Position numbers and translations under genes: made by a program
The notes under the pieces: model-generated
The model's input: only the letters and a program-made list of their open reading frames with translations
The model's database searches: none
Told to the model about the DNA's origin: nothing
NCBI GenBank assembly: GCA_963675245.1
Contig: OY775910.1
Coordinates: forward strand, 1,088,001-1,152,000
Direction: 5' to 3'
Length of the DNA: 64,000 bases
DNA from: Acholeplasmataceae bacterium
Lineage (GTDB): Bacteria; Bacillota_I; Bacilli_A; Acholeplasmatales; Acholeplasmataceae
Shown here: piece by piece, positions 29,001 to 39,779 of the stretch
How positions within the stretch are numbered: position 1 is the first letter of the stretch
How the letters are laid out: each line of letters starts with the position of its first letter

Positions 29001-30971
29001 ATGACGATTAAGTCAATTCTCATTGAACCAGAAGTAAAACGCCATGCCTTTCTTCTCATCAATGGGAAAGATTCAGTTTTGATTGATCCAGGTGCGAAGT
29101 ATCATGCAGAAATACTCATACCTGAAATTGAAAAAAATATTGAGATTAAAAATCTCAAATATATCATTTTACAATCAAACGACTATTTAAATATTACATC
29201 TATAGAGTTACTGGTGAAAGCGGGATTTGACGGTAGCATTATTTGTAATGAGACCTCTTTTAGATTTATAGAAGACGCACTTAAACATAAAGTCACTTGT
29301 ATTAGTGATTTAGATAATGAATTACATATTGAAGGTATTAATTTGGCGTTTATAACTGCGCCATTTTTGCCATATCATGAAGGTTTTGTTACCTATGATT
29401 TGGATCATTATGTCATCTTTTCTGGTCATCTTTTCTCTCAAGATAAAGAGATAGATGGTGATACACTTGAGATGATGGTGAATCGGTTCCACGAGCATAC
29501 ATTGCCAAGTATAGAATTCGTAAGATCAGCCATTAAAAAATTAAGAAAATATCGTATTAAAGCGATATACCCAAGACTAGGTCGCAAGATAGAACTTGCT
29601 GAGATCAATGATTTAGTCATTGATGTCATGAAATATGATTTTTATAACACCACGCAAGTCGTTGAACGCGTGAATGCGAAAAATGTGACATACAATTATG
29701 AAATGATTTGTAATCACATGCTTAAAAAATTGACGTCAGTTTATCACAGAAGTGATGTCTTAAATGTGTTTGCTGATTCTAAGATAATGCTCACTTTAGC
29801 ACCTGATATTGAAATAGATGCATCAGAGCTTTCTAGTTATAAACTATATAATTATTTCTTTGAACACATCTTTGAGAAAAAAGGTGTCACGTGGCTTGTT
29901 ATCTTAGAACCAATCGTTAAAAAATATAAACAACTCTATAAAATTAAACGTCCTGTTATATACACAACAGATGCTTATAAACAGCAATCTAAAATTGTAA
30001 AACTCAATGAAACCACTTCTGAATTAACAGAACAGGTTAAAGCGCTACAATTAGAGATTAATGAAACCACCGATAAAATGTTAAGAGATGAGACGACCGA
30101 ATTATATAATGAACGTTTCATGAAAGAATATCTTTATCAAGAGCTTGAAAAAGACATCTCGCCAGCACATGTTCATGTGCTAGCCCTTTTCCATATCGAT
30201 AATTTATTAAGCATTAATAAAAAATATGGCACACCACAAGGTGATGAAACCTTAAGAAGTCTCGCCTATGATTTAAACAACCACAAGTTTGAACGAAGTA
30301 TGCTTTTTAAGCAAAGTGGACCTGGCATATTCGCGTTTATTCCTAATATCAAATTAGATGATGTTCAACAAAACTTATTAACATGCAGAAATAGCATTCA
30401 AGAATCAGATATTTTTGTTGAACCTGTTACCGTTTCTTTAAGTGTCGCTTTATCTAATGAAATTGATTCACGTTTTGATACACGTACTCGCGTATCATCA
30501 CTCATTGAATTAACTTTAAAACGGATGGAACTCGCAAAATCATTAGGTAAGAGCCAAATCATTGATTATACATCAAGTGAGAGAGACTATATTGATGGGA
30601 CAGTTTTGTTAGTAGATGAAGATGAAACATATCAAAACATGATGGTTAAGATTTTTGAACGCATTAATTATAAAGTTATGATCACAAGTGATATCTATGA
30701 AGCCTATGAGAAACTAAAAAATGAACCGATTGATATGATTATTTCGGAAATCAATTTAAGCAAGCTTGATGGTTTCCAATTTAAACATATGATTAATCAG
30801 ACAAAAGATTATAAAGATATACCATTTATTATTGTCAGTCATCATAAAAATTTAGAGGTGGTCACACGCGCTAACTTATTGGATATCGATATGATCCTCC
30901 AAAAACCAATCATTCCTGAAGAATTACTGGGACTCATTAACCGCATGCGTCAATGGAAGAATCGCCTATGA
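29001..30971 (+). CDS. MBL/ODP-like + degenerate GGDEF + pseudo-receiver signalling protein
   Basis: LIDPG...FVTYD...FSGHLF; DETTELYN..., INKKYGTPQGDETL, SGPGIF; VLLVDED...IISE...KP. Confidence 0.75.
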   Translation: MTIKSILIEPEVKRHAFLLINGKDSVLIDPGAKYHAEILIPEIEKNIEIKNLKYIILQSNDYLNITSIELLVKAGFDGSIICNETSFRFIEDALKHKVTCISDLDNELHIEGINLAFITAPFLPYHEGFVTYDLDHYVIFSGHLFSQDKEIDGDTLEMMVNRFHEHTLPSIEFVRSAIKKLRKYRIKAIYPRLGRKIELAEINDLVIDVMKYDFYNTTQVVERVNAKNVTYNYEMICNHMLKKLTSVYHRSDVLNVFADSKIMLTLAPDIEIDASELSSYKLYNYFFEHIFEKKGVTWLVILEPIVKKYKQLYKIKRPVIYTTDAYKQQSKIVKLNETTSELTEQVKALQLEINETTDKMLRDETTELYNERFMKEYLYQELEKDISPAHVHVLALFHIDNLLSINKKYGTPQGDETLRSLAYDLNNHKFERSMLFKQSGPGIFAFIPNIKLDDVQQNLLTCRNSIQESDIFVEPVTVSLSVALSNEIDSRFDTRTRVSSLIELTLKRMELAKSLGKSQIIDYTSSERDYIDGTVLLVDEDETYQNMMVKIFERINYKVMITSDIYEAYEKLKNEPIDMIISEINLSKLDGFQFKHMINQTKDYKDIPFIIVSHHKNLEVVTRANLLDIDMILQKPIIPEELLGLINRMRQWKNRL

Positions 30972-33817
30972 TTTATGATATTGTAATAGGCATCGCGATA
31001 TCGCTAATTATTATATCTTTGGTTTTAGTGTGTGCCATACTCATTCAAAAAAAGAGACATGATCGACATATCAAAAATGTCGATAAAGCGAGAACCTACT
31101 TAATCAAAAGGTATCTCGATAAAGAAGCTATACCATTAAACGTTTCTAAGCGTTTCTTTTTTAATGCGTTAATTGACGTGGATGAACAAATTCACCTAGA
31201 ACCTGACATCAGAGAAGCGATTGTTAGAGACTTTGAAAACGTTCATTTCATGAGAAAGATGAAACGTCAGATCAATTCAAAGATTGCTTTTAAACGAAAG
31301 ATCGCATTATATTACGTTTCTAAGTTAAGAACAAAAGACGCCTACCAAAGACTCATGAAACGGTTTAGTGTCGAAAAGAATGAAGCCGTTAAATTAAGAA
31401 TTATATATAACATGCGTTATGGGATGAATGAGACGTATTTGATGCAAATCATGGAAAGCTTTGTCGGTGCATCTAACATGTATCAACGAAGACTCGCAAC
31501 GGTGTTAGGATCTAACATTAAACGCATTTATGATATATTTCCTAAATATGCTAAGGATGATCGGTCGGAGATTAGACATGCGCTCATCCGCATGAGTTCC
31601 TTTTTTGCTGATAGTTTCATGACGGCTTATATGTTAGAACACATGAATAATTTATTAAACCAAACATATTTAGACCAGGAACAACAAGACACCTTAGAAA
31701 CGATTCTAAAAAATCTTTTAAAATTCACTCCAGAGTTTTTGAATCATAAAGATTATATTGTTCATCAAAATCCACTCCTTAGAAAATACGCGATCAAAGC
31801 CTATGAGTATAAAACGACGAAAGAAGCGATTGATGAACTGATGGCTAGTTTTGATGTCAGCGAATTAGATGATGTTCGAATTGAAACATTATCACAAATG
31901 GTCTTTAAGGAACAACAACTCTTTGATGATTTACTCAATAAATTTCCAAGATATAATTTATATCAAAAACAACGAACGGCTGTTATTTTCAATGAACGTT
32001 TAGAATACATTATCTTAAAACTTTATTATACGAAACCAGAACGATTAAGAGAAATCATATCGATCTTATTAGATCAGATGGTGATTGAGTCCTTAATCGA
32101 TTTCATCAACCATAATAAAAATGAAAAACTTGAGCGCTTTTTATTAGCCATCATGAAGAATCATGCCGGTCTTAATGAAGAGATGACAAGACAGTTTAGA
32201 ATCTATTTGGATCCAGAAATACTCGCGACCATGGGACTGGATAAACTCGTTCCAGAGCGAAAAACAAGAGATAAACCACCCATTGAAAAAACAAAGATTA
32301 GATGGATATTTAAATGGGTCGCGTTCACGATCATCTTACTACCTTTAATTTATATGATCCTTCATATTAATACCATTTGGACGACAGATATTAATGACAC
32401 CTTAAAAGGGTATGTCATTGGTGTTAATGAGTACATGGTTGTTTATTTTGGGGTCATTAATATCATTTATACAGTTTTGTTGTTACTATCATTTGTGGGG
32501 TCTAGAAGACAAGTCGCTCTCGCTAATACAAGAAAGAAAACATTATTATTCTCAGAAAAGCTTCTACCAGGTATTTCTATTATCGCACCTGCTTATAATG
32601 AGTCATTATCAATCATTGAGAGTGTAACAAGCTTACTTAATTTAAAGTATCCTGATTATGAAGTCGTTGTCGTTAATGACGGTTCTAAAGATAATACGTT
32701 ACAAATATTAATTGACCATTTTGAATTAGAAAGAAAACACGCACCTGTTAATTTGTCATTGAACACTAAAAACATTCGGGCTATTTATTTAACGAAAACC
32801 ATTCCGAATCTTTTAGTGGTTGATAAAGAAAATGGTGGGAAAGCAGACGCGTTAAATGTCGGTATTAACGTCAGTAAGAAATCATTTGTTTGCGGGATTG
32901 ACGCAGATAGTATTTTAGAAGGGGACGCATTATTAAAACTCGCATCAGCGATGCTTGATGATACCAATACGTATGTGGCATTAGGTGGTAATATTTATCC
33001 AGCTAATGGGTTTAAGTTTGATAAAGGTAAAGCAGAATATAGAGGGATCCCAGAAGAGAATGTGTGTCGTTTCCAATCCATTGAATACTTAAGAGCATTC
33101 ACGAGTGGTCGGATCGGATGGAGCATGATGAATTCACTCATGATCATTTCTGGTGCTTTCGGGTTATTTAAAAAGGATTTGCTCATTGAGACAGGTGGTT
33201 ATTTAACCAGCAGTAGTAAACTAAAAAAAGATACTGTTGGTGAAGATATGGAGCTTGTTGTAAGACTCACAAGACAAGCCTTAGAAAGAAAAGATAAATA
33301 TAAAGTTAAATATGTCTATAATGCTTATTGTTATACAGAACTACCGAGTGATATGAAGACGCTTTTAAAGCAGAGAAATCGTTGGCAACGTGGATTAATT
33401 GATATCTTGTCATATCATAGAAAGATAGGCTTTAATCCTAAATATAAACAAATAGGCTTAATCGGTTATCCTTATTTCTTCATCTTTGAATTCTTAGGAC
33501 CATTCTTTGAAACACAAGGGTATATCATGTTAGCCTTAGGGTTAATCTTTGGTTGGTTGACACCTACAGTCATATTAGCGATATTCACGGTATCAATATT
33601 GTTTGGTGTGGTGATCTCATTATCATCATTATTCATGTCAGAAAAAGAAATTAAGATGATGAGTACTAGTGAGTTAATGGTGATGTTAGGCTACGCAATT
33701 ATGGAGAATTTCGGATATCGACAATTGATTAGTGTGCACCGGATGTTCTCAACATTTAGTGCAATTAGAGAAACGGGTCAATGGGGTGCACAGAAGCGTA
33801 AAGGATTCAACACATAA
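30968..33817 (+). CDS. HEAT-like helical domain fused to processive GT2 synthase (IcaA/PgaC-like)
   Basis: PAYNE, DGSKD, NGGKA, IDAD, GED, QRNRW; flanking TM helices. Confidence 0.85.
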   Translation: MIYDIVIGIAISLIIISLVLVCAILIQKKRHDRHIKNVDKARTYLIKRYLDKEAIPLNVSKRFFFNALIDVDEQIHLEPDIREAIVRDFENVHFMRKMKRQINSKIAFKRKIALYYVSKLRTKDAYQRLMKRFSVEKNEAVKLRIIYNMRYGMNETYLMQIMESFVGASNMYQRRLATVLGSNIKRIYDIFPKYAKDDRSEIRHALIRMSSFFADSFMTAYMLEHMNNLLNQTYLDQEQQDTLETILKNLLKFTPEFLNHKDYIVHQNPLLRKYAIKAYEYKTTKEAIDELMASFDVSELDDVRIETLSQMVFKEQQLFDDLLNKFPRYNLYQKQRTAVIFNERLEYIILKLYYTKPERLREIISILLDQMVIESLIDFINHNKNEKLERFLLAIMKNHAGLNEEMTRQFRIYLDPEILATMGLDKLVPERKTRDKPPIEKTKIRWIFKWVAFTIILLPLIYMILHINTIWTTDINDTLKGYVIGVNEYMVVYFGVINIIYTVLLLLSFVGSRRQVALANTRKKTLLFSEKLLPGISIIAPAYNESLSIIESVTSLLNLKYPDYEVVVVNDGSKDNTLQILIDHFELERKHAPVNLSLNTKNIRAIYLTKTIPNLLVVDKENGGKADALNVGINVSKKSFVCGIDADSILEGDALLKLASAMLDDTNTYVALGGNIYPANGFKFDKGKAEYRGIPEENVCRFQSIEYLRAFTSGRIGWSMMNSLMIISGAFGLFKKDLLIETGGYLTSSSKLKKDTVGEDMELVVRLTRQALERKDKYKVKYVYNAYCYTELPSDMKTLLKQRNRWQRGLIDILSYHRKIGFNPKYKQIGLIGYPYFFIFEFLGPFFETQGYIMLALGLIFGWLTPTVILAIFTVSILFGVVISLSSLFMSEKEIKMMSTSELMVMLGYAIMENFGYRQLISVHRMFSTFSAIRETGQWGAQKRKGFNT

Positions 33818-33860
33818 TACAATATTTATTGATGATCTGATAAAAGAATAGATACATTCT

Positions 33861-33897
33861 AAAAACTGCAATATACATAAAGTGATTGCAGTTTTTT
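33861..33897 (+). terminator. Intrinsic terminator
   Basis: AAAAACTGCAAT...ATTGCAGTTTTTT. Confidence 0.75.
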
Positions 33898-34078
33898 ATT
33901 TTGTGCTAGTAATAATTATACAGAATTAATATAATAAATCATTGCGAAAATAATGAAATCAAAGTAGAATAGATTTAACGGGGAACATAATCGGCAACTT
34001 TTGTAAATTAACAGATAGGTCAAAGATATGTGTCTTTGATTATTTTTTATTTAAAGCATATGATAATGGAGATTTAGA

Positions 34079-35059
34079 ATGAGCGCAAAAAATTTTCTAA
34101 AATTAACTGATCAAATTGATAAATTAAATGATGAGAAAAAAATACTTGTAAAAGGAAAAGTGTCTAGAGAGTATCTAGTTAGAAACGGCTACTTTAATTT
34201 AATAAATGGTTATAAAGATTATTTTTGCAGATCAAATAGTGGTACAAGAGTATATTATGATAACATTAAAATTGATCAATTTAAATCTGTAATGAATTTT
34301 GATAGAAATTTACGAAAAATCATATTTAAATATGTAACACAGATAGAAGAAGAGATTGGAGCAATATTTGGTTATTTCTTTGAGATGGATATGGTTGCCC
34401 GTGATAAAAATTGGGGAGATATGTCATTATATTGTTATAAAAATAGAAAAACTGGAAGAGAGATGCTTTCTAGAATCTATGGAGATATTTCAAAACGAAG
34501 TAATGAATATTTATATCATTATGAAAATAAGCACAGTTATTTGCCTTCGTGGATAATGATTAAGGCTTTGACGTTTGGGAACTTAATAAAATTGATTAGC
34601 TACACTGATGACAAGTATAAGATGAAAATATGTGATTTATATAAAATTGATTACAAAAAGCAAAAGCAAACGTATAGAAGAATTGTGTCAATGCTAAGTT
34701 TAATCAACGCATTAAGAAATAAAATCGCCCATTCAGAAAGAATTATTGATTTCAAAGGACACAAAGATAATAATAGAGTGATTACAAAGTACCACAAAAC
34801 ATTAACATATGATAATATTCAACAAGAATCACTAATTGATGCTATATTATATATGAAAATGTTAATTCCGGGAAAAGAATACGTACATTTAATAAATGAG
34901 ATAGGACATGAATTAAATAACCTTAAAGAAAATATCCACAATAATGCTTTTTTAAAAATTTGTAACAATATTGGTTTAGACACTAGTAAGAATCATAAAA
35001 AAGCACTTAATGATATGAAAGTACCATCTCATATAATTAATTATGTTGAATTAATATAG
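34079..35059 (+). CDS. Abi_2 (AbiD/AbiF-like) HEPN-family protein
   Basis: GYFNLINGYK, FDRNLR...IEEEI, LPSW...LTFG, LRNKIAH (RxxxxH). Confidence 0.85.
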   Translation: MSAKNFLKLTDQIDKLNDEKKILVKGKVSREYLVRNGYFNLINGYKDYFCRSNSGTRVYYDNIKIDQFKSVMNFDRNLRKIIFKYVTQIEEEIGAIFGYFFEMDMVARDKNWGDMSLYCYKNRKTGREMLSRIYGDISKRSNEYLYHYENKHSYLPSWIMIKALTFGNLIKLISYTDDKYKMKICDLYKIDYKKQKQTYRRIVSMLSLINALRNKIAHSERIIDFKGHKDNNRVITKYHKTLTYDNIQQESLIDAILYMKMLIPGKEYVHLINEIGHELNNLKENIHNNAFLKICNNIGLDTSKNHKKALNDMKVPSHIINYVELI

Positions 35060-35100
35060 TGTTACTATTGCAATTATTAATACAATGCTATATACTACAT

Positions 35101-35160
35101 GTAGAGAATCCGGTTTATACTGGATGAAGGTGCTTTCGTTTAGAAGGCACTTTCTTTTTT
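35101..35160 (+). ncRNA. Candidate small RNA (AbiF-associated antitoxin-like)
   Basis: Own promoter TTGCAA-N17-TATACT (35068-35096), hairpin ATCCGG/CTGGAT, terminator AAGGTGCTTTC/GAAGGCACTTT+T-run. Confidence 0.5.
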
Positions 35161-35254
35161 ATGTAGAGCAATAATAAATACAATATATATTTCAATTTAT
35201 TTGTTTTAAAAAAATTTTTTTTTGATATAATGTTCAAAAGGGATAAGTAGGGAA

Positions 35255-38200
35255 GTGGATTTATTGAAAAAACAAGGTTTATATAATCCTATTTTCGAGC
35301 ATGATGCTTGTGGTATAGGAGTTATAGCTAATATAGATGGACATAAAGATCATCAAACCATTGATGATGCTTTGTCTGTGATTGAAAACCTCAATCACAG
35401 AGGCGCATCAGGATCTGATATGGTCACTGGAGATGGGGCAGGTATATTAATCCAAATGCCTCACTCTTTTTTTAATGACGTCTTATCATTTGATGTCCCT
35501 GATCAAGGAAAATATGCCGTTATCCAATCCTTCCTTTCACAAAATAGATCTATTGCAGAAAAACAATTAAAAATCATTGAAGTCCTATTACCTCAATATA
35601 ACTATCAATTACTAGGTATTAGAGAAGTACCTTCAGCTAAACATATACTAGGTAAGATAGCCATCGATTCTATGCCTACAATGATGCAGCTATTTATCAC
35701 ATCACGTCAATCATTTAAAGATAATGAAGCATTTGAATTTGATTTATATAAGTTAAGAAAGAATATCGAAAACCATTTTAAGAGATATAACAAAAATGAG
35801 TATTTCTATATTGCTTCACTAAGTAGTAAAACAATCGTTTATAAAGGGATGCTGACATCCCTACAATTAAGACATTTCTTTATTGACCTACAAGACTTAA
35901 GGTTTGAATCTGCGTTTGCGTTAGTGCATGCCCGTTTTTCAACCAATACATTTCCATCATGGCATCGCGCTCATCCGAACCGCTACATGATTCACAATGG
36001 CGAGATTAATACCATTAGAGGAAATGTTAACTGGATGAAATCCAGACAAGATCGTTTAAAGAAAGATAATCAAGAGATTCAAGATATGTTACCGATCATC
36101 GATGAAACAGGGTCTGATTCATCGATGTTTGATAATGCCTTAGAATTCCTACATATATCTGGTAGAAGTTTACCTCACGCACTCATGATGATGATTCCTG
36201 AACCATGGGAAAACAATTTAGAGATGAATGAAGAGAAGAAAGCCTTCTATGAATTCCATAACTTCTTAATGGAACCATGGGAAGGACCTGCAGCGATTGC
36301 TGCATCCGATGGTGATGTCATTGTCGCTTCCTTAGACCGTAATGGCTTACGTCCTTCTAGATACACCATCACAAAAGATAACCGTCTCATTCTTGCGAGT
36401 GAAGTGGGTGTTCTAGATATTAAACCAGAAAACATCTTACAAAAGGGAAGACTCATGCCAGGTAAGATGCTTGTTGTAGATCTTCATCAGAAACGAATCA
36501 TTTCTGATGAAGAGATGAAAATGTCACTAGCGAAGAAACATGACTATCAAAGTTATATCAATAAACATTTAATATCCTTAAAGGATTTTGAAACGACACC
36601 GCAAGCAAGACCGATTGAAAAGGCGAATCTTATCACGCTTCAAAAAGCTTATGGATACACCAATGAAGACATTGAAAAGATCATCACACCCATGGCGGAA
36701 TATGGTAAAGAACCGATTGGCTCCATGGGCTTTGACGCGCCACTTGCCATACTATCTAGTAAACCCCATTTGCTTTATAATTATTTTCAACATACTTTCG
36801 CACAAGTCACGAATCCTCCTTTAGATGGTTTAAGAGAAAAGATTATCACCTCATCCAAAGTGATGATGGGTAATATGGGACATCTCTTAAATCCGTTTAG
36901 AGAGTCTAAATACGCAACCTTATTAGATGGACCCATTATCACCAATGGTCAACTCGCGGATATTAAATCATTTGACAATAAAATCTTTAAAACAAAGACG
37001 ATATCGACCTTATATCCTAAAGCGTATGGGACATCCTATTTAAAAAAACATTTAGATCATATGTTTGAAGAAGTGCTTGATGCTTATAATGATGGTTATA
37101 ATCTATTTATCTTATCCGATAGAGGATTAGATAAAGATCATGTATCAGCACCGATGTTGCTCGCTGTTGCAGGATTACATCATTTCTTTATCAATGAAGA
37201 AATCAGAACGGAAGTCACCATTATATGTGAAACAGCAGATGCACGTGAAGTACATCACTTTGCTGCTTTATTTGGCTATGGTGTGACACTGATTAACCCA
37301 TACCTTGCTTATGAAACGTTAAAAGATTTAACGTATTCAGGTAAACTTAAAAACCATACACACTATACACCCGCAAAACATCAATACATCAAAGCGTCTG
37401 TGGATGGCATGATGAAGATCTTATCGAAGATGGGCATTTCCACTTTAAGAAGTTATCATGGCACGCAACTATTTGAAGCGGTAGGTATTCATGAAGATGT
37501 CATTAACGCATACTTCACTGGTACTGTCACGAGAATTGGTGGCCTAAACTTAGAAGATATTGCACGTGAGATGCATAAGCTTCATGATCTTGCTTATAAA
37601 GCAGAAGAACCACTTGATTTAGGGAGCAGGTACTTTAGAAAGAAACATGGTGAACCACATCTCATCACACCTCAAGTCGTTAATCTCATGCATAAAGCTG
37701 CGAGAGAAAACGATCTTGATGCTTATCAAAAAGTCACTAAAGAACTTTATGACATGGCACCTGTTTATCTACGCCACTTATTAGCCTTTAAAGAACATTC
37801 AAATCCGATAGACATTCATGACGTAGAACCAGTTGAAAGTATTTTAAAAACCTTTAAATCTGGTGCGATGAGTTATGGCTCTATTTCACAAGAAGCGCAT
37901 GAGACAGTCGCGATCGCGATGAACCGGATGCAGGCGAAATCTAATTCAGGTGAAGGTGGCGAAGATCCTTCTAGATATGAAGCGAAAGATCCACGCTTTA
38001 ATAAATCATCAGCGATTAAACAAATCGCTTCAGGTCGATTCGGTGTGACCTTAGATTATTTAATTCACGCGAAAGAAATTCAAATCAAAATGGCACAAGG
38101 TGCGAAACCTGGTGAAGGTGGTCATCTTCCTGGTGAAAAGGTGTATCCATGGATCGCGAAAACGAGACATGCGAAACCTTGGGTGAGTTTGATCTCTCCA

Positions 38201-39655
38201 CCACCGCATCATGATATCTATTCCATTGAGGATTTAGCAGAACTCATTTATGATTTAAAGAAAGCGAATCACGATGCGAAGATTAGTGTGAAACTCGTTT
38301 CGCAAATGGGTGTCGGTACGGTCGCGGTAGGGGTAGCTAAAGGATTCGCTGATAAGATCTTAGTGTCTGGTTATGATGGTGGAACTGGGGCTGCACCTTT
38401 AAGCTCTCTTCAACATGCAGGACTTCCTTGGGAGCTCGGACTTTCAGAAGTGCATCAAACGCTTCAATTAAATAAATTAAGACATAGAGTTATTTTAGAA
38501 ACGGATGGAAAACTATTAACGGGTCGAGATGTCGCGATTGCGGCAATCTTAGGAGCGGAAGAATTTGGGTTCGCAACACTCCCATTATTACTCGTCGGTT
38601 GTGTGATGCTTAGACGTTGTCATGAAAACACGTGTCCTGTCGGTATCGCGACACAAAATGAAGACTTAAGAAAGAAGTTTAAAGGTGAACCAGAACATAT
38701 CACTAACTATTTTCATTTTGTCGCGAATGAGTTGAGAGAGATTATGGCCTCATTAGGCGTAAGATCATTAAAAGAACTTGTTGGTAGAACGGACTTGTTA
38801 GGATTGAAAGACAATATTGAAAGTGATAAATTAAAGACCATCGATTTTTCAAAGATCTTACATCAATCAACGTCTACGCAAGAGACAAACCAGATGACAC
38901 AAGATACAGAAACATCGTTAGATGAAGAAGTACTCATGCCAATCATTCGGTCCCTTCCTCATCTTGATCAACCAAAAAACTATCAATTCAATATTATTAA
39001 CACCAATCGAAGTGTTGGTACATATGTCGGTTCTTATATGAAGAAGCATTATAAAGACACGTTAAATGATGATACATTAACGATTGACTTTAAAGGCTCA
39101 GCTGGTCAATCATTTGGGGCATTTCTTCCTAAAGGAATTACACTTCGTTTAGAAGGAGATGCGAACGATTATTTAGGTAAAGGTTTATCTGGAGGAAAGA
39201 TCGTCGTCAAACCATCTAAACATATGAGTTATAAACCTGAAGATAATATCATTATCGGTAATGTCGCTTTTTATGGTGCGACATCAGGGATTGGTTATAT
39301 TCGTGGTGTTGTCGGTGAAAGGTTCGCAGTTAGAAACTCTGGTGCGACCCTCATCGTCGAAGGTGTAGGTGATCACGCCTGTGAGTACATGACGGGTGGC
39401 ACAGTCATGATATTAGGTGAAACTGGTAGAAATATGAGTGCTGGTATGAGTGGTGGCACACTTTATGTCTACAACTTAGATAAACATAAACTTAATACAG
39501 CGATGGTTGAAGCAGTTGCCTTAGATGAGTCAGATGATAATTTCATTAAAGATATCCTAAAAGATTACATCATTAAAACAGAATCATCTTATGCTAAATC
39601 AATTTTAGAGACGTATCAATCATCTTCGTTTCATAAGATAACTGCCAAAGTTTAA
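35255..39655 (+). CDS. gltB: Glutamate synthase large subunit
   Basis: EHDA-CGIG, HARFSTNT, HNGEINT, MSYGSIS, SGEGGE, QGAKPGEGG, CVMLRRCHENTCPVG, GXGXG domain. Confidence 0.97.
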   Translation: MDLLKKQGLYNPIFEHDACGIGVIANIDGHKDHQTIDDALSVIENLNHRGASGSDMVTGDGAGILIQMPHSFFNDVLSFDVPDQGKYAVIQSFLSQNRSIAEKQLKIIEVLLPQYNYQLLGIREVPSAKHILGKIAIDSMPTMMQLFITSRQSFKDNEAFEFDLYKLRKNIENHFKRYNKNEYFYIASLSSKTIVYKGMLTSLQLRHFFIDLQDLRFESAFALVHARFSTNTFPSWHRAHPNRYMIHNGEINTIRGNVNWMKSRQDRLKKDNQEIQDMLPIIDETGSDSSMFDNALEFLHISGRSLPHALMMMIPEPWENNLEMNEEKKAFYEFHNFLMEPWEGPAAIAASDGDVIVASLDRNGLRPSRYTITKDNRLILASEVGVLDIKPENILQKGRLMPGKMLVVDLHQKRIISDEEMKMSLAKKHDYQSYINKHLISLKDFETTPQARPIEKANLITLQKAYGYTNEDIEKIITPMAEYGKEPIGSMGFDAPLAILSSKPHLLYNYFQHTFAQVTNPPLDGLREKIITSSKVMMGNMGHLLNPFRESKYATLLDGPIITNGQLADIKSFDNKIFKTKTISTLYPKAYGTSYLKKHLDHMFEEVLDAYNDGYNLFILSDRGLDKDHVSAPMLLAVAGLHHFFINEEIRTEVTIICETADAREVHHFAALFGYGVTLINPYLAYETLKDLTYSGKLKNHTHYTPAKHQYIKASVDGMMKILSKMGISTLRSYHGTQLFEAVGIHEDVINAYFTGTVTRIGGLNLEDIAREMHKLHDLAYKAEEPLDLGSRYFRKKHGEPHLITPQVVNLMHKAARENDLDAYQKVTKELYDMAPVYLRHLLAFKEHSNPIDIHDVEPVESILKTFKSGAMSYGSISQEAHETVAIAMNRMQAKSNSGEGGEDPSRYEAKDPRFNKSSAIKQIASGRFGVTLDYLIHAKEIQIKMAQGAKPGEGGHLPGEKVYPWIAKTRHAKPWVSLISPPPHHDIYSIEDLAELIYDLKKANHDAKISVKLVSQMGVGTVAVGVAKGFADKILVSGYDGGTGAAPLSSLQHAGLPWELGLSEVHQTLQLNKLRHRVILETDGKLLTGRDVAIAAILGAEEFGFATLPLLLVGCVMLRRCHENTCPVGIATQNEDLRKKFKGEPEHITNYFHFVANELREIMASLGVRSLKELVGRTDLLGLKDNIESDKLKTIDFSKILHQSTSTQETNQMTQDTETSLDEEVLMPIIRSLPHLDQPKNYQFNIINTNRSVGTYVGSYMKKHYKDTLNDDTLTIDFKGSAGQSFGAFLPKGITLRLEGDANDYLGKGLSGGKIVVKPSKHMSYKPEDNIIIGNVAFYGATSGIGYIRGVVGERFAVRNSGATLIVEGVGDHACEYMTGGTVMILGETGRNMSAGMSGGTLYVYNLDKHKLNTAMVEAVALDESDDNFIKDILKDYIIKTESSYAKSILETYQSSSFHKITAKV

Positions 39656-39779
39656 CAATGAAAACACTTTCTTAACACATAATGTAGGAAATCAAAAAAA
39701 CATCCTTTTATTTACAGGTCATATACGATAAAATGTGTTCATATAAATCTATACAATTCATTATACGAGGTAATAGGCA

